This document shows positions 11,045-22,959 of a DNA stretch of 42,139 nt, in pieces. The DNA lies in contig NC_057755.1 in NCBI RefSeq assembly GCF_004010195.1, positions 10,847,497 through 10,889,635 on the forward strand. Reading direction: 5' to 3'. Within the stretch, counting starts at the first letter, position 1; every line of letters begins with the position of its first letter. Made by a program: the position numbers and the translations under genes. This stretch comes from Chiloscyllium plagiosum. Its lineage: Eukaryota. Below the pieces are notes generated by a model. The model was not told the DNA's origin and did no database searches. It worked only from the letters and a program-made list of their open reading frames with translations.

Positions 11045-13165
11045 ATCAGTGCCTGTCACTCACTGTACCCCCATCCCCAGGGTCAGTGTGTGGGTCTCTC
11101 ATTTCTACCACCTTGACGGTCAGCATATGTGTCTCTCACAATCGCCCCATCCCCAACGTCAGTGTGTGTATTTCTCATTTCCCACATCCCAGGGTCAGTG
11201 TGCGTATCTCTCACTTACCCCCACCCCCAGGATCAGTGTGGTGTGTGTATATGTGTCTCTCTCTCATTTCCCCCCACCCCCCCAGGGTCAGTGTGTGTAT
11301 CTCTCACTTTGCCCCACTCCCAGAGTCAGTGTGCGTGTGTCTCATTTCCCCCACCACAGGGTCAGAGTGTCTCTCATTTCCCTCCACCGCCAGGGTCAAT
11401 GTGTGTGTCTCTCCTTGTCCCCAACCCCAGGGACAATGTGTGTCTCTCTCATTCCCCACATCCTCAGGGTCAGTGTCCCTCATTTCCCCTCACCGCCAGA
11501 GTCAGTGTGTGTGTCTCTCATTCCCCACAGCCCCAGTGTCTGTGTTTGTGTGTCTCTCATTGTCCCCATCCCCAGAGTCAGTGTGTGTGTGTGTCTCATT
11601 CCCCACATCCCCAGGGTCAGTGTTTGTGTGTCTCTCATTATCCCCATCCCCAGGGTCAGTGTGTATATTGCTCATTCTCCCCACCCCCAGGGTCAGTGTG
11701 TGCATTTCTCATTCTCCCCACCCCCAGGGTATCTCTCACTTCCACCATCACCGAGATCAGGGTGTTTGTCTTTCATTGCCCCCATCCGCAGGATGCGTGT
11801 GTGTGTCTCTCATTCTTCCCAGCCCCAGGGTCATTGCGTGTGTGTCTCATTTTCCCACATCCCCAAGGTCAGTGTGTGTCTCTCTCATTTACCCCCACCC
11901 CCAGGGTCAGTGTGCATGTTTCTCATTTCCACCCACCCCTAGGATCAGTGTGTCTGTCTCTCTCATTTCCCTGCCACCCTCAGAGTCAGTGTGTGTCTCT
12001 CTCATTTCCCCCACCCCGGGATCAGTGTGTGTCTCTCTCATTTCCCCCCACCCTGGGGTTAGTGTCTGTGACTCTCATTTCCCCTATACCTGAGGTCAGT
12101 GTGTATGTCTCCCATTTCCCTCCATCCCCAGGGTCAGTTGTGTCTCTCATTTCCCCTCACCCTCAGGGTCAGTGTCTATATCTTTCATTACCCCTATCGC
12201 TGAGGTCAGTGTGTGTCTCTCTCAATTCCCCCCATTCCCAGGGTCAGTGTCTGTGTCTCTCATTTCCCCCTATCCCCAGGGTCAGTGTCTGTGTCTCTTA
12301 TTTCCCCCTATCCCCAGGGTCAGTGTGTGTGTGTGTCTCTCATTTCCCCCCTATCCCCAGGGTCAGTATCTGTGTCTCTCATTTCCCCCTATCCCCAGGG
12401 TCAGTGTCTGTGTCTCTCATTTCCCCCTATCCCCAGGGTCAGTGTGTGTGTGTGTCTCTCATTTCCCCCNNNNNNNNNNNNNNNNNNNNNNNNNNNNNNN
12501 NNNNNNNNNNNNNNNNNNNNNNNNNNNNNNNNNNNNNNNNNNNNNNNNNNNNNNNNNNNNNNNNNNNNNNNNNNNNNNNNNNNNNNNNNNNNNNNNNNNN
12601 NNNNNNNNNNNNNNNNNNNNNNNNNNNNNNNNNNNNNNNNNNNNNNNNNNNNNNNNNNNNNNNNNNNNNNNNNNNNNNNNNNNNNNNNNNNNNNNNNNNN
12701 NNNNNNNNNNNNNNNNNNNNNNNNNNNNNNNNNNNNNNNNNNNNNNNNNNNNNNNNNNNNNNNNNNNNNNNNNNNNNNNNNNNNNNNNNNNNNNNNNNNN
12801 NNNNNNNNNNNNNNNNNNNNNNNNNNNNNNNNNNNNNNNNNNNNNNNNNNNNNNNNNNNNNNNNNNNNNNNNNNNNNNNNNNNNNNNNNNNNNNNNNNNN
12901 NNNNNNNNNNNNNNNNNNNNNNNNNNNNNNNNNNNNNNNNNNNNNNNNNNNNNNNNNNNNNNNNNNNNNNNNNNNNNNNNNNNNNNNNNNNNNNNNNNNN
13001 NNNNNNNNNNNNNNNNNNNNNNNNNNNNNNNNNNNNNNNNNNNNNNNNNNNNNNNNNNNNNNNNNNNNNNNNNNNNNNNTCTATGTCTCTCATTTCCCCC
13101 CACCCTTAGGGTCAGTGTGTGTCTCTCATTCCCTCCACCCCCCCGGGGTCAGTGTGTGTCTCCCT
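11045..13165. repeat. Minisatellite with a ~38-42 bp unit (CCCCAGGGTCAGTGTGTGTGTCTCTCATTTCCCCC...), spanning a gap
   Basis: Dozens of tandem units, more homogeneous toward the gap; explains the long spurious ORFs. Confidence 0.95.
12470..13079. other. Assembly gap (others at 16277-16754, 20047-20546, 27329-28240)
   Basis: N runs. Confidence 1.
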
Positions 13166-13179
13166 GAGGTCTCACTCAC

Positions 13180-13263
13180 GTTCCCGGCAGAGTCGAACAG
13201 CCTCTGAGTCGAGGCCGGCCCTTGATAATCGGGGTACGGGTTCCTGAACGCTCTGTTTTCCAT
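13180..13263 (-). CDS. Putative first coding exon of an unidentified gene
   Basis: Strong Kozak context (AGCATGG), 28 codons MENRAFRNPYPDYQGPASTQRLFDSAGN, phase-0 donor AAC|GTGAGT, CpG-dense. Confidence 0.65.
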
Positions 13264-13350
13264 GCTGGATGATGTCGCCCGTTGACAGCCGGCAGCACGC
13301 TCTCCAGGAAACGCGCAGGCTTCAAACCTGCGCCAACGGCGGTAGGCCGC

Positions 13351-13400
13351 ATCTCCATGGTAACCAGAACGTGAGCCCCGCCCCTGCCAGCCTGATTGGC
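13351..13400 (-). promoter_or_regulatory. CpG-island promoter with RFX X-box, GC box and CCAAT box
   Basis: ATCTCCATGGTAAC (13351-13364), GCCCCGCCCC (13375-13384), CTGATTGGC (13392-13400), about 90-140 nt upstream of the ATG. Confidence 0.7.
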
Positions 13401-13449
13401 AAGAGTTACAGGGGGGAGTGCTCAGGAAAGGGTGGCAAAATTCCCAGGG

Positions 13450-13920
13450 CAAATAATGGGAGGTACAGAGTATGGAAAAAAGTCAGGATCCTAGGAAATA
13501 AGGGGAAAATAAGAAGAGTTTATACTTATAAACTAGTAAATGAGTTGGTAGCACAGGTTAAAATTGGCAGGTGTGGGTATCACAGAGATGTGGCTGCAGG
13601 GGGAAATCAAACTGGGAACTAAATGTCCATGGGTACATGTCAATATTAAGAAGTCAGGCAGAGGGGACGGGTTGCCGTGTAAGAAATGGAACTAAGTCAA
13701 TAGCTGGGTGCCATGTAGAGTCAGAAGGCATAGAATCTATGTGGGTTGAACTGGAAAGGATGGGATTTATGCACAGGCCTCCTCGCAACAGTGAGGATGT
13801 GGGGAAGAAAATAAATCAGGAGAAAGAAAAGGCATGGAATAAATGCATGATTACAATAATACTGGGGGATTTTATAATGCATGGACTAGGAAAAACAGTT
13901 TGGTAGCAGATCTCAATAAA
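13450..13920 (+). mobile_element. Older CR1-clade LINE endonuclease fragment
   Basis: ESMWVEL...HRPPRNS...IILGDF. Confidence 0.8.
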
Positions 13921-15879
13921 AGGACATCGTAGCGGCAAACGATGGTAATGCTTCAGGAAGATCTTTGGGGAAACTTGCAGGAGCAATAGGCTTGTCATAA
14001 TAGGGGATTTTAATTTTCCTAACATAGACTGGGACTGCCAGAGCATTAAGGGCTTAAATGGGGTGGAATTTGTTAAGTGCGTTCAAGAAAGTTTCCTCAA
14101 GCAGTATGTAGAAGGACCTAGTTGGGAAGGGGCAAAACTCTTGGCAAATAGGGCAGGACAGGTGACAGAGTTGACAGTGGGAGAGCAGTTTGGAACCAGT
14201 TACCATTGTTCTACTAATTTTAAAATAGTTATGGAAATACTCAAAACTGGTCCAGAGGTTCAAGTTCTAAATTGGGGCAAGGTGAATTTTGGTGGAAGTA
14301 GACAGGAGCTTGCAGGGGTTGATTGGAGTAGTTTCTTTCCAGGCAAACGGACTTCTGGCAAGTGAGAGGTCTTTAAAAGTGAGAAAGCTAGAGTTCAGTG
14401 TCTATATGTACCTGTGAGGGTGACGGGTAAGGTTGGCAGCAGTGGGGAGCCCTGGATTACAAGAGATATTGAGGCTTTGACCAGAGAAAAGAAGGGGGTG
14501 TGGCTCAGGTACAGGCAGCTGGGATCAAGGGAATCTCTGGAGGTGTACAGGGAATACAGGAGTTTACTGAAGAAGGAAATCAGGAGGGCGAAAAGGGGGC
14601 ACAAGATAGCTTTGGCTGAGGAGATTAGGGTTAATCCAAAGAGGTATGTTAAGTATATTAAAGGAAAAAGAATAATGAAAGAGAGAATAGGGCCGCTCAA
14701 GGACCAAAGTGGACATGTATGTGTAGAACATGCAAGAGATGGGCAATGTTTTCAATGAATATTTCTCCTCTGTTTTTAACCATGGAGAAAGTCATGAAGA
14801 CTTGGGAAAGTTAGTCATCATATCTTAGGAACAGTCCATATAATGGTAGAGGTGGTGTTGGATGTATTAGAATGTATGAAGGTGGATAAATCTCCAGGTC
14901 CTGACCAGATATAACCAAGAACACTGCAAGAGGCTAGAGAAGAAATTGCATGGGTCCTGGCTGACATTTTAGCAATGGTTGAGGTCCTGGAATACTGGAG
15001 GATAGTGAATGTTGTGCCATTATTGAAGAAGGGCTGCAAAGAAAAGCCTGGGAACTAGAGACCAATAAGCTTAACATCTGTGGCAGGTAAGTTACTTGAG
15101 AAGATTCTGAGGGATAAAATACACATGCATTTGGAAAGTCAGGGTTTGATTAGGAGTAGTCAGCAGTAGTAGTGGCTTTGTGAGTGGGAGATCATATCTC
15201 ACAAATTTGTTTGTTGATGACGTGACCAGAAAGGTTGACAAGGGTAGGACAGTAGACATAGCCTATAAGGTTCCACATGGTATGCTTTGGAAGGTTAGAT
15301 CACATGGAATCCAGGGGGAGTTGGCAAATTGGAAACATATTTGGCTTGATGGTAGGAAGTAGAGGATAATAGTGTTCGGATGCTTGGAGGCCTGTGACAA
15401 GTGGAGTGCCTCAAGGGTTAGTGCTGGGCCCCTTATTGTTTGTTATCTATATCAATGATTTGGTTGAGAATATACAAGGCACGATTAGTGAGTTTGCTGA
15501 TGACTCTCAAATAGCTGGTATCGTGGACAGTGAGGAAGATTATCAGAAATTGCAGCAGAACCTTGATCAGCTGGAGAGACGTGCCGTGAAATGGCAAATG
15601 GAGTTTAATACAGATAAGTGTGAGGTGTTGCATTTTGGAAAGTCAAATCAAGCTAGGCGTTTCATGGTGAATGGTAGGGCCTTAAGGAGTGTAGTGGAGC
15701 AGAAGGATCTAGGAGTTCAGGTTCACAGTTCTCTGAAGATGGAGTCACAGGTTGACAGGGCAATGAAGGAGGCATTTGGCACACTCTCCTTCATCAGTCA
15801 GGGCATTGAGTATAGAAGTTGGGAAGTTATGTTGCAGTTATACAGGACGTTGATGAGGCCACATGTGAAGTATTGTGTT

Positions 15880-17080
15880 CACAGTGTGGATATAGGCCAT
15901 TTGGCCCAACTAGTCCATACCAACCTTCCAATGGGTAACCCACCCAATTCCATTCCCCCACCCTTTTACTCTACACTTACCCCTAACTAATGCATCTAAA
16001 TTGCACTATGGGCAATTTAACATGACCAATTCACCTAACCTGCATATCTTTGAAATGTGGGAAAAAACTGGAGCACGAGGATTTCAGTGAGTCCCTCTCT
16101 CACTGCACACCCCAAGTCATCTCCTCTGCACAGAAGCTCTTCAGTCACGTTCTCAAACAGACTCACTACCACAGCCACATCTCCTTCCTCAGCACCTGCC
16201 TCCTCATTTCCCCTCCCCCCACCTTGTCTCAGTCAAATCCCTCGAACTCAGCACCGCCTTCCTAACCTGCAATCATNNNNNNNNNNNNNNNNNNNNNNNN
16301 NNNNNNNNNNNNNNNNNNNNNNNNNNNNNNNNNNNNNNNNNNNNNNNNNNNNNNNNNNNNNNNNNNNNNNNNNNNNNNNNNNNNNNNNNNNNNNNNNNNN
16401 NNNNNNNNNNNNNNNNNNNNNNNNNNNNNNNNNNNNNNNNNNNNNNNNNNNNNNNNNNNNNNNNNNNNNNNNNNNNNNNNNNNNNNNNNNNNNNNNNNNN
16501 NNNNNNNNNNNNNNNNNNNNNNNNNNNNNNNNNNNNNNNNNNNNNNNNNNNNNNNNNNNNNNNNNNNNNNNNNNNNNNNNNNNNNNNNNNNNNNNNNNNN
16601 NNNNNNNNNNNNNNNNNNNNNNNNNNNNNNNNNNNNNNNNNNNNNNNNNNNNNNNNNNNNNNNNNNNNNNNNNNNNNNNNNNNNNNNNNNNNNNNNNNNN
16701 NNNNNNNNNNNNNNNNNNNNNNNNNNNNNNNNNNNNNNNNNNNNNNNNNNNNNNCAAGTCCCTCCTCCCTACCTTTTATCTTAGCCTGCTGGACACACTT
16801 TCCTCATTCTTGAAGAAGGGCTTATGCTCAAAACGTCGATTCTCCTGTTCCTTGGATGCTGCCTGATCTGCTGCGCTTTTCCAGCAACACATTTTCAGCT
16901 CTGATCTCCAGCATCTGCAGCCCTCACTTTCTCTCAAAAACTGGAGCACCCCGAGTAAACCCCACGCAGACACGGGGAGAATGTGCAAACTACACACAGA
17001 CAGTCGCCTGAAGCTGGAATCAAACCTGGATCCCTGGTGCTTTGAGGCAGCAGTGCTAACCACTGAGCCACCATACCGCC
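15880..17080 (-). mobile_element. HE1-like V-SINE, split by a Penelope insertion
   Basis: Minus strand has the tRNA head GGGCGGTATGGTGGCTCAGTGGTTAGCACTGCTGCC and V-core TGCACATTCTCCCCGTGTCTGCGTGGG; homologous to 19150-19507. Confidence 0.85.
16077..16935 (+). mobile_element. Penelope-like element (middle lies in a gap) with a degenerate hammerhead motif
   Basis: 14-bp TSD AAAAACTGGAGCAC (16063-16076 and 16936-16949); TTGAAGAAGGGCTTATGCTCAAAACGTC at about 16810. Confidence 0.75.
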
Positions 17081-17269
17081 CAACAAATGATTGAGGTGGG
17101 TACATTAACAACATTTAAAAGGTGTTTGGACAAATATATGGATAGGAAAGTATTAGAAGGATATGGGCCAAATGCTGGAAAATGGCATTAGTGTGGATGG
17201 ACATTTTGGTTGGCATGGACATTTTGGGCCAAAGGGTCTGTGTCTATGCTGTAAGACTCTATGATTCTA

Positions 17270-18150
17270 ATCACTGGAGTCAGGGAGGGTCCCAAAAGAC
17301 TGGAAAATGGCTAATATAATTCTTAAACCTATGTTTAAGAAGGGAGTAAGCAGAAGACAGGGAACTGTAGGTCAGTTAGCCTGACTCAGTTGTTGATAAG
17401 ATTTTAGAGCCCATTATTAAGGATGAGATTGTGGAGTACTTGAAAATGCATGGTAAAACTGGACAGGATCAGCAGGGCTTAGTTAAGGGAGGCCATACCT
17501 GAAAAACCTGTTAGAAGTCTTTAGCCAGCTCCTCCCTCATGTCTTTGTAGTTATCTTTACTCAGTTGTAATATCATTACATCAGATTCTAGCCTCTCCCT
17601 CTCAGCAGGGTGAATTCTATCATATTACGGCCCCACAGAGCTTCCTTCACTTTCAGCTCCCTAATTAAATTTGCCTCATTACATGTCACTAAATCCAAAA
17701 TTGCTTGTTCCTTAGTGGGCTTGACCACAAGTTGCTCAAAATAAACCATCTCGTAGACATTCCATGAATTCCTTTTCTTGAGATCTGCTACTAAACTGAT
17801 TTTCCTAGTCTACCTGCATATTGAAGTTCCCGTGATTATTGGTAATTGTACCTTCTTGCATGCCTTTTCTATCTCCTGACTTATTTTCTTCCCTGCATCC
17901 AGAGTACTGCTAGGATGCCTATACATAACTCCCATCATGGTCTTTTTCCCTTTGCAGTTTCTCAACTCAACCCAGACAGATTCTATGCTTTCCAACTCGG
18001 TATCACTTCTTGCCATTGATTTAATTTCATTCCTTACTAATAAGGCAACCCCATCCCCTCTGCTCATCCTTTCAATAGGACACGTATCCTTGGATATTTA
18101 GTTCTCAATCCTGATCCCCTTGTAGTCACGCCTCTGTGATACTCACAACA
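17270..18150. mobile_element. CR1-clade LINE fragments (17270-17520 plus, RT start; 17525-18150 minus, endonuclease)
   Basis: Degenerate DWKMAN..KKG..GNCRSVSL; GVALLVRNEI...ESVWVELRNCKGKKT. Confidence 0.8.
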
Positions 18151-18186
18151 TCAATTGTATTTTCTACCTGAGACTGTCATAAGAAC

Positions 18187-18279
18187 GAGCTGAAGAAGGG
18201 CTTATGCCCGAAACGTCGATTCTCCTGTTCCCTGGATGCAGCCTGACCTGCTGCGCTTTTCCAGCAACACATTTTCAGC
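18187..18279 (+). mobile_element. 93-bp Penelope-derived insertion carrying a minimal hammerhead ribozyme motif
   Basis: 14-bp TSD ACTGTCATAAGAAC (18173-18186 and 18280-18293); CTGAAGA-A-GGGC-TTAT-GCCC-GAAAC-GTC. Confidence 0.85.
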
Positions 18280-18324
18280 ACTGTCATAAGAACACCTTGT
18301 TGCCTTTATGTTAATTGCTACATA

Positions 18325-18738
18325 GGGGGTCAGTTAGCTCAGTTGTCTGAATGGCTGGTTCGTGATGCAGAATGAGGTGGGTTGAATTCCTGACTCGGGT
18401 GACTATGAAGGACCCTCCTTCTCAACCTCTCTTCTCATCAGAGGTGTGGTGGCCCTCAGGTTAAAAACACCACCAGTTCTCTCTCTCCCTCTCTCTCTCA
18501 GAGAACAACCCTGTGGTCTGCTAGGACTATTATGACTTCACCTCAAGGGGGCCAGTTGGCTGGACAGCTGACTTGTGATACAGGATGATCAAACAGTGTG
18601 GGTTCAATTCCTGCACACCAGCTGATGTTACTATGAAGGAATCTCTTTCTCAACCTCTCCATTCACCTGAGGTGTGTGACTCAGATTAAACCACCAGAGA
18701 GCAGACATATGGTGTGGTAGGGCTAATGGTGACTTTAC
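18325..18738 (+). mobile_element. Two tandem copies of a tRNA-headed SINE
   Basis: A-box-like TAGCTCAGTTG and B-box-like GGTTGAATTCC / GGTTCAATTCC; shared body repeated from about 18546. Confidence 0.7.
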
Positions 18739-18739
18739 A

Positions 18740-19997
18740 TAGAACATAGAACAGTACAGCACAGTACAGGCCCTTTGGCCCTCAATGTTGTACTGACCTT
18801 TTATTCTACTCTAAGATCAGACTAACCTAGATACCCTTCTTTGTACTATCTTCCATGTGCCTATCTAAGAGTTGCTTAAATGTCCCTAATGTACCTGGCT
18901 CTACTACCACTGCTGGCAGTGCATTCCACACACCCACCACTCTCGGTGTAAAGAACTGACCTCTGACATCTTCCCTAAACCTTCCTCCAATTACCTTAAA
19001 ATTATGCCCCCTCGTGATAGATATTTCTGTCATGCGATGAAGTCTCTGGCTATCCATTCTATCCATGCCTCTCAACATCTTATTCACCTCTATCAAGTCA
19101 CCTCTTGTCCTTCTTTGCCCCAATGAGAAAAGCCCGAGCTCCCTCCTTTGGGGTGGCATGGTCACTCAGTGGTTAGCCCTGCTGTCTCACAGCGCCAGAG
19201 ACACAGGTTTTATTCCAGCCTCAGGGCGACTGTCTGTGTGGAGATTGCACATTCTCCCCAGGTTTGCGTGGATTTCCTCCAGATGCTCCCGTTTCCTCCC
19301 ACAATCCAGAGATATGCAGGTTAGGTGAATTAGCCATGCTAAATTACCAATTGTGATCAGGGATGTGTAGGTTAGTGCATTAGTCGGGGGTACGTGTAGA
19401 GTAATTGGGTAGGGGAATAGGTCTGGCTGGGTTTCTCTTTGGAGGGTCAGTGTGAATTTGTTGGGTCAAATGGTCTGTTTCCGTACTATCGAGATTCTAT
19501 GATTCTATTCCGTCAATCTTTCTTCATGAGACATGCCCTCCACTCCAGGCAGCACACTGGTAAATCTCCTCTGTCCCCTCTGTCAAGCTACCACAGCTTT
19601 CCCATAATGAGGCAACCAGAACTGAACACAATATTCCAAGTGTGGTCTAACCAGGGCTTTATTGAGCTGCAGTATAATCTCGTAGCTCTTCAACTCAATC
19701 ACCTTGCTAATGAAAGCCAACTCACCATACGCCTTCTTAATAACCCTTTATCAACTTGGGTGGCAACCTTGAGGGGTCAATGGACATGGACCCCAAGATC
19801 CCTCTGTTCCTCTGTTCCTCCACACTGCCAAGAATCCTGCCTTTAATCCTGTATTTTGCATTCAAATTCGACCTTCCAAAGTGAATGACTTCACACTTCT
19901 CCAGGTTGAACTCCATCTGCTACTTCTCAGCCCAGCTCTGCATCCTGTCACTGTCCCATTGCAGCCCTACACACCATCCACAACTCCACCAACCTTC
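18740..19997 (-). mobile_element. CR1 LINE 3' portion, interrupted by a SINE
   Basis: LGLFSLGQRRTRGDLIEV...FFTPRVVGVWNALP; tail ATAGAACATAGAACA. Confidence 0.9.
19150..19507 (+). mobile_element. HE1-like V-SINE
   Basis: tRNA head, V-core TGCACATTCTCCCC, CR1-like tail GATTCTATGATTCTA. Confidence 0.85.
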
Positions 19998-20994
19998 ATG
20001 TTCTGTCCCAGGAGTTGAGGAATAGGGAGAGAGAACAGTTAAATGCNNNNNNNNNNNNNNNNNNNNNNNNNNNNNNNNNNNNNNNNNNNNNNNNNNNNNN
20101 NNNNNNNNNNNNNNNNNNNNNNNNNNNNNNNNNNNNNNNNNNNNNNNNNNNNNNNNNNNNNNNNNNNNNNNNNNNNNNNNNNNNNNNNNNNNNNNNNNNN
20201 NNNNNNNNNNNNNNNNNNNNNNNNNNNNNNNNNNNNNNNNNNNNNNNNNNNNNNNNNNNNNNNNNNNNNNNNNNNNNNNNNNNNNNNNNNNNNNNNNNNN
20301 NNNNNNNNNNNNNNNNNNNNNNNNNNNNNNNNNNNNNNNNNNNNNNNNNNNNNNNNNNNNNNNNNNNNNNNNNNNNNNNNNNNNNNNNNNNNNNNNNNNN
20401 NNNNNNNNNNNNNNNNNNNNNNNNNNNNNNNNNNNNNNNNNNNNNNNNNNNNNNNNNNNNNNNNNNNNNNNNNNNNNNNNNNNNNNNNNNNNNNNNNNNN
20501 NNNNNNNNNNNNNNNNNNNNNNNNNNNNNNNNNNNNNNNNNNNNNNGCAACTGTACTGTATTGAATTAAATTAATGTTAGATTTGATAATCATGGTGAGT
20601 TTAACATACTCATCTTTCATTGCAGTTAACTATAAATTTCCAGAAGCTCTTTTGTATGGATTTCTGTTTCTATTTCTTGAATTGACAGCAAGGATGTGGG
20701 AATAGAACGAGAAAAGTTCCAGATTTTAATTTTCCAGATCTGTTTATTTCAAGGTCTCCGAAAAATCCACAATTCATTTCAAACTCCGAATGAATTTTGA
20801 ATAAAATATCAACAGTGTGTCAAAATATAGAGTATTATTCTTTTCTGAACTTGACATAACTGCATAATATGTGGTGGGATTAGCTTTTCAAATCATCTTT
20901 CAGATCCTCAGTTGCAAAGTGGCGTGTTGTTGAAGTTGAGAAAGTTTCAAATGGAAGTCTCATTGAGTAGTGGTCACCTATTTTACGAATTATA

Positions 20995-21221
20995 AAAGCA
21001 AATTACTGCAGATGCTGGAATCTGAAACCAAAAGAGAAAATGTTGGAAAATCTTAGCAGGTCTGGCGACATCTGGAAGGAGCGAAAAGAGCTGACGTTTC
21101 GAGTCTGACCTTTTGTCAAAGCTGTGACACAGAGTCAGTTAGACTCGAAACGTCAGCTCTTTTCTCTCCTTACACATTCTGCCAGACCTGCTGAGATTTT
21201 CTAGCATTTTCTCTTTTGGTT
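20995..21221. mobile_element. Palindromic Penelope-LTR-derived element (MITE-like)
   Basis: Inverted arms spanning 21026-21221, including a perfect pair GAAAAGAGCTGACGTTTCGAGTCT / AGACTCGAAACGTCAGCTCTTTTC. Confidence 0.8.
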
Positions 21222-21379
21222 ACTATTTATAAACTTTGTTCAATCTGTTAATCTGGAAACTGTTACTTCAACTCCACTTGCAAAATTAGATCTAGGTCCT
21301 TTCACCCTTGTGTTACTTTGTACTTTGGCTGAGAGAGCTCTCCTGGTTACTTGCAAAGAAGTTTACCTCCTCTAAGCTA

Positions 21380-21630
21380 TAAGACCACAAGACCATAGGA
21401 ATAGAAATTAGGCCATTTGGCCCATCGCTGACAGGTTTTTTTCCCCCTGTCCCCCATGACCCTTGATCCCTTCGGCAATCAAGAACTATCTCCGTCTTAA
21501 ATGCATTCAACGACCCGGTCTCCACAGCTCTCTACAGCAATGAATTCCACATATTCACCACTCTCTGACTAAAGACATTTGCTCTTATATCCAATCTAAT
21601 GGGTCTTCCCTTTACTCTAAGGCTGTACAC
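21380..21630 (-). mobile_element. LINE 3' tail fragment
   Basis: ATAAGACCACAAGACCATAGGA tail; similar to 2335-2580. Confidence 0.7.
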
Positions 21631-21739
21631 GTCCCAGTAGCACCTAATTCAGCCACTCCTCCAACTAGCCAATGGAGACAGTTACTAATTTCAAGTTAAT
21701 ATACTAAAGCACCATCCATTATTTGGGACAAACGTTTGG

Positions 21740-22635
21740 TTAATTACGATGTCGATTTATGTAAAAAGCACATTTCAGTGCTTCCTTGATCTGCTGTCTA
21801 AATTTGGATTGTGTCACCCCATAAATAAACGCATTTGTGCAGCAACTTAAATTCACCAACATGACTCCAACATGTTCAAATAGGAGTAAAGAATGATCAC
21901 CATCTGTGGGACCAGTTCCATGAATAAAGTTATAAATGAAATTTATCACGTATATGGACCACAGAATTACAAAGCTGCCAGAAATCGTAAAGAGTAAAAT
22001 TATAGACCTCCTCCGACTCTCCATCTCTGGGTCACTGCGATTCACTCCCTTGCTCTGTTCCCTCAATCCCTTCCGGACTCGACTGGCCACTATAATGTGT
22101 CTGACTGTCAGAGCGTTGAGCAGCAGAATGAGAACAAATGGTAGTAATGGATTAAAAACTGTGAGGAACCATTTAAATCCCATCCAGCTGGGCTCACTAT
22201 AGTAGCTCGGCTTTGAAACACAGAGCCATGGAAGATTATAAAGTAGTGTATAAGGTTTAAATCTAAAGTAGAAAGGAACATGTATTAAACAGATCAGGAT
22301 ACAGGTTGTTGATAGAATTACAACTGCATTTCTCTTTGTGCAATATTTAAGTTTCAGTCTCCGGCAGCAGATAATAACAAATCGATCAAAGCTGAAAGTG
22401 ACCGTAAACCAAATGGAGCAGGATATGGCTGCTGTTGACAAGACATAGATTATACTGCACACGGGAGTCAAATCCAAGAAAGATAATGGGAAATAATAGG
22501 TATTGATGTGCCTCAGTACAACCTCAGTGATGAGAACCATCAGATCCGATGCTGCCATGGCCATCAGATAGCAGGTGGTGCAGGAGGATAGGCCACACCT
22601 TCCCTGAGACAGGATCATGAGCACCACTAAATTAA
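21740..22635 (-). CDS. Exon 2 of a class A GPCR, GPR139/GPR142-like (shark-type family)
   Basis: Pyrimidine tract plus CTGCAG acceptor at 22636; TM1 N, TM2 AMAASDL, TM3 SFDRF, TM6 FVILW, TM7 TNAFIY, helix 8 KFR; no internal stops. Confidence 0.95.
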
Positions 22636-22959
22636 CTGCAGGGGAGAGAAGAGAACATGTTTGATCCTGGATTCACTTTGCTACCAAAAAAAGGCTTTAA
22701 ATTGTTTAAGTATCACATTTATGATTTTTATTCATCTCGGACATACCTATTCCCAGGTCTAATGAGCCAAGAGTTTATGGGTTAAGCCATAGTTCACTTC
22801 CTGCTTAATAGGTTTGAATGATATTCCCAACCTCAAATGTAACTAGTCACACACCACCATCTTATAGTCCAACAGGTTTCTTTGAAATCACAACCTTTCT
22901 GAACACTGCCCCTTTGTCCCTTCACCTGATGAAGGAACAGCCCTTGGCCACTTTAAGAC

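Larger units (their letters stand above)
13960..17268 (+). mobile_element. CR1 LINE ORF2 (EN to RT), degenerate; interrupted at about 15880-17082
   Basis: [41 protein letters not shown]; 3' UTR with ACTCTATGATTCTA tail at about 17257-17268. Confidence 0.93.

Noticed and set aside
11016..13207. Long ORFs of 300-690 aa
   Set aside because: Translations of the minisatellite and N gap, open in several frames at once
18325..18400. tRNA gene
   Set aside because: Degenerate SINE head; no full cloverleaf
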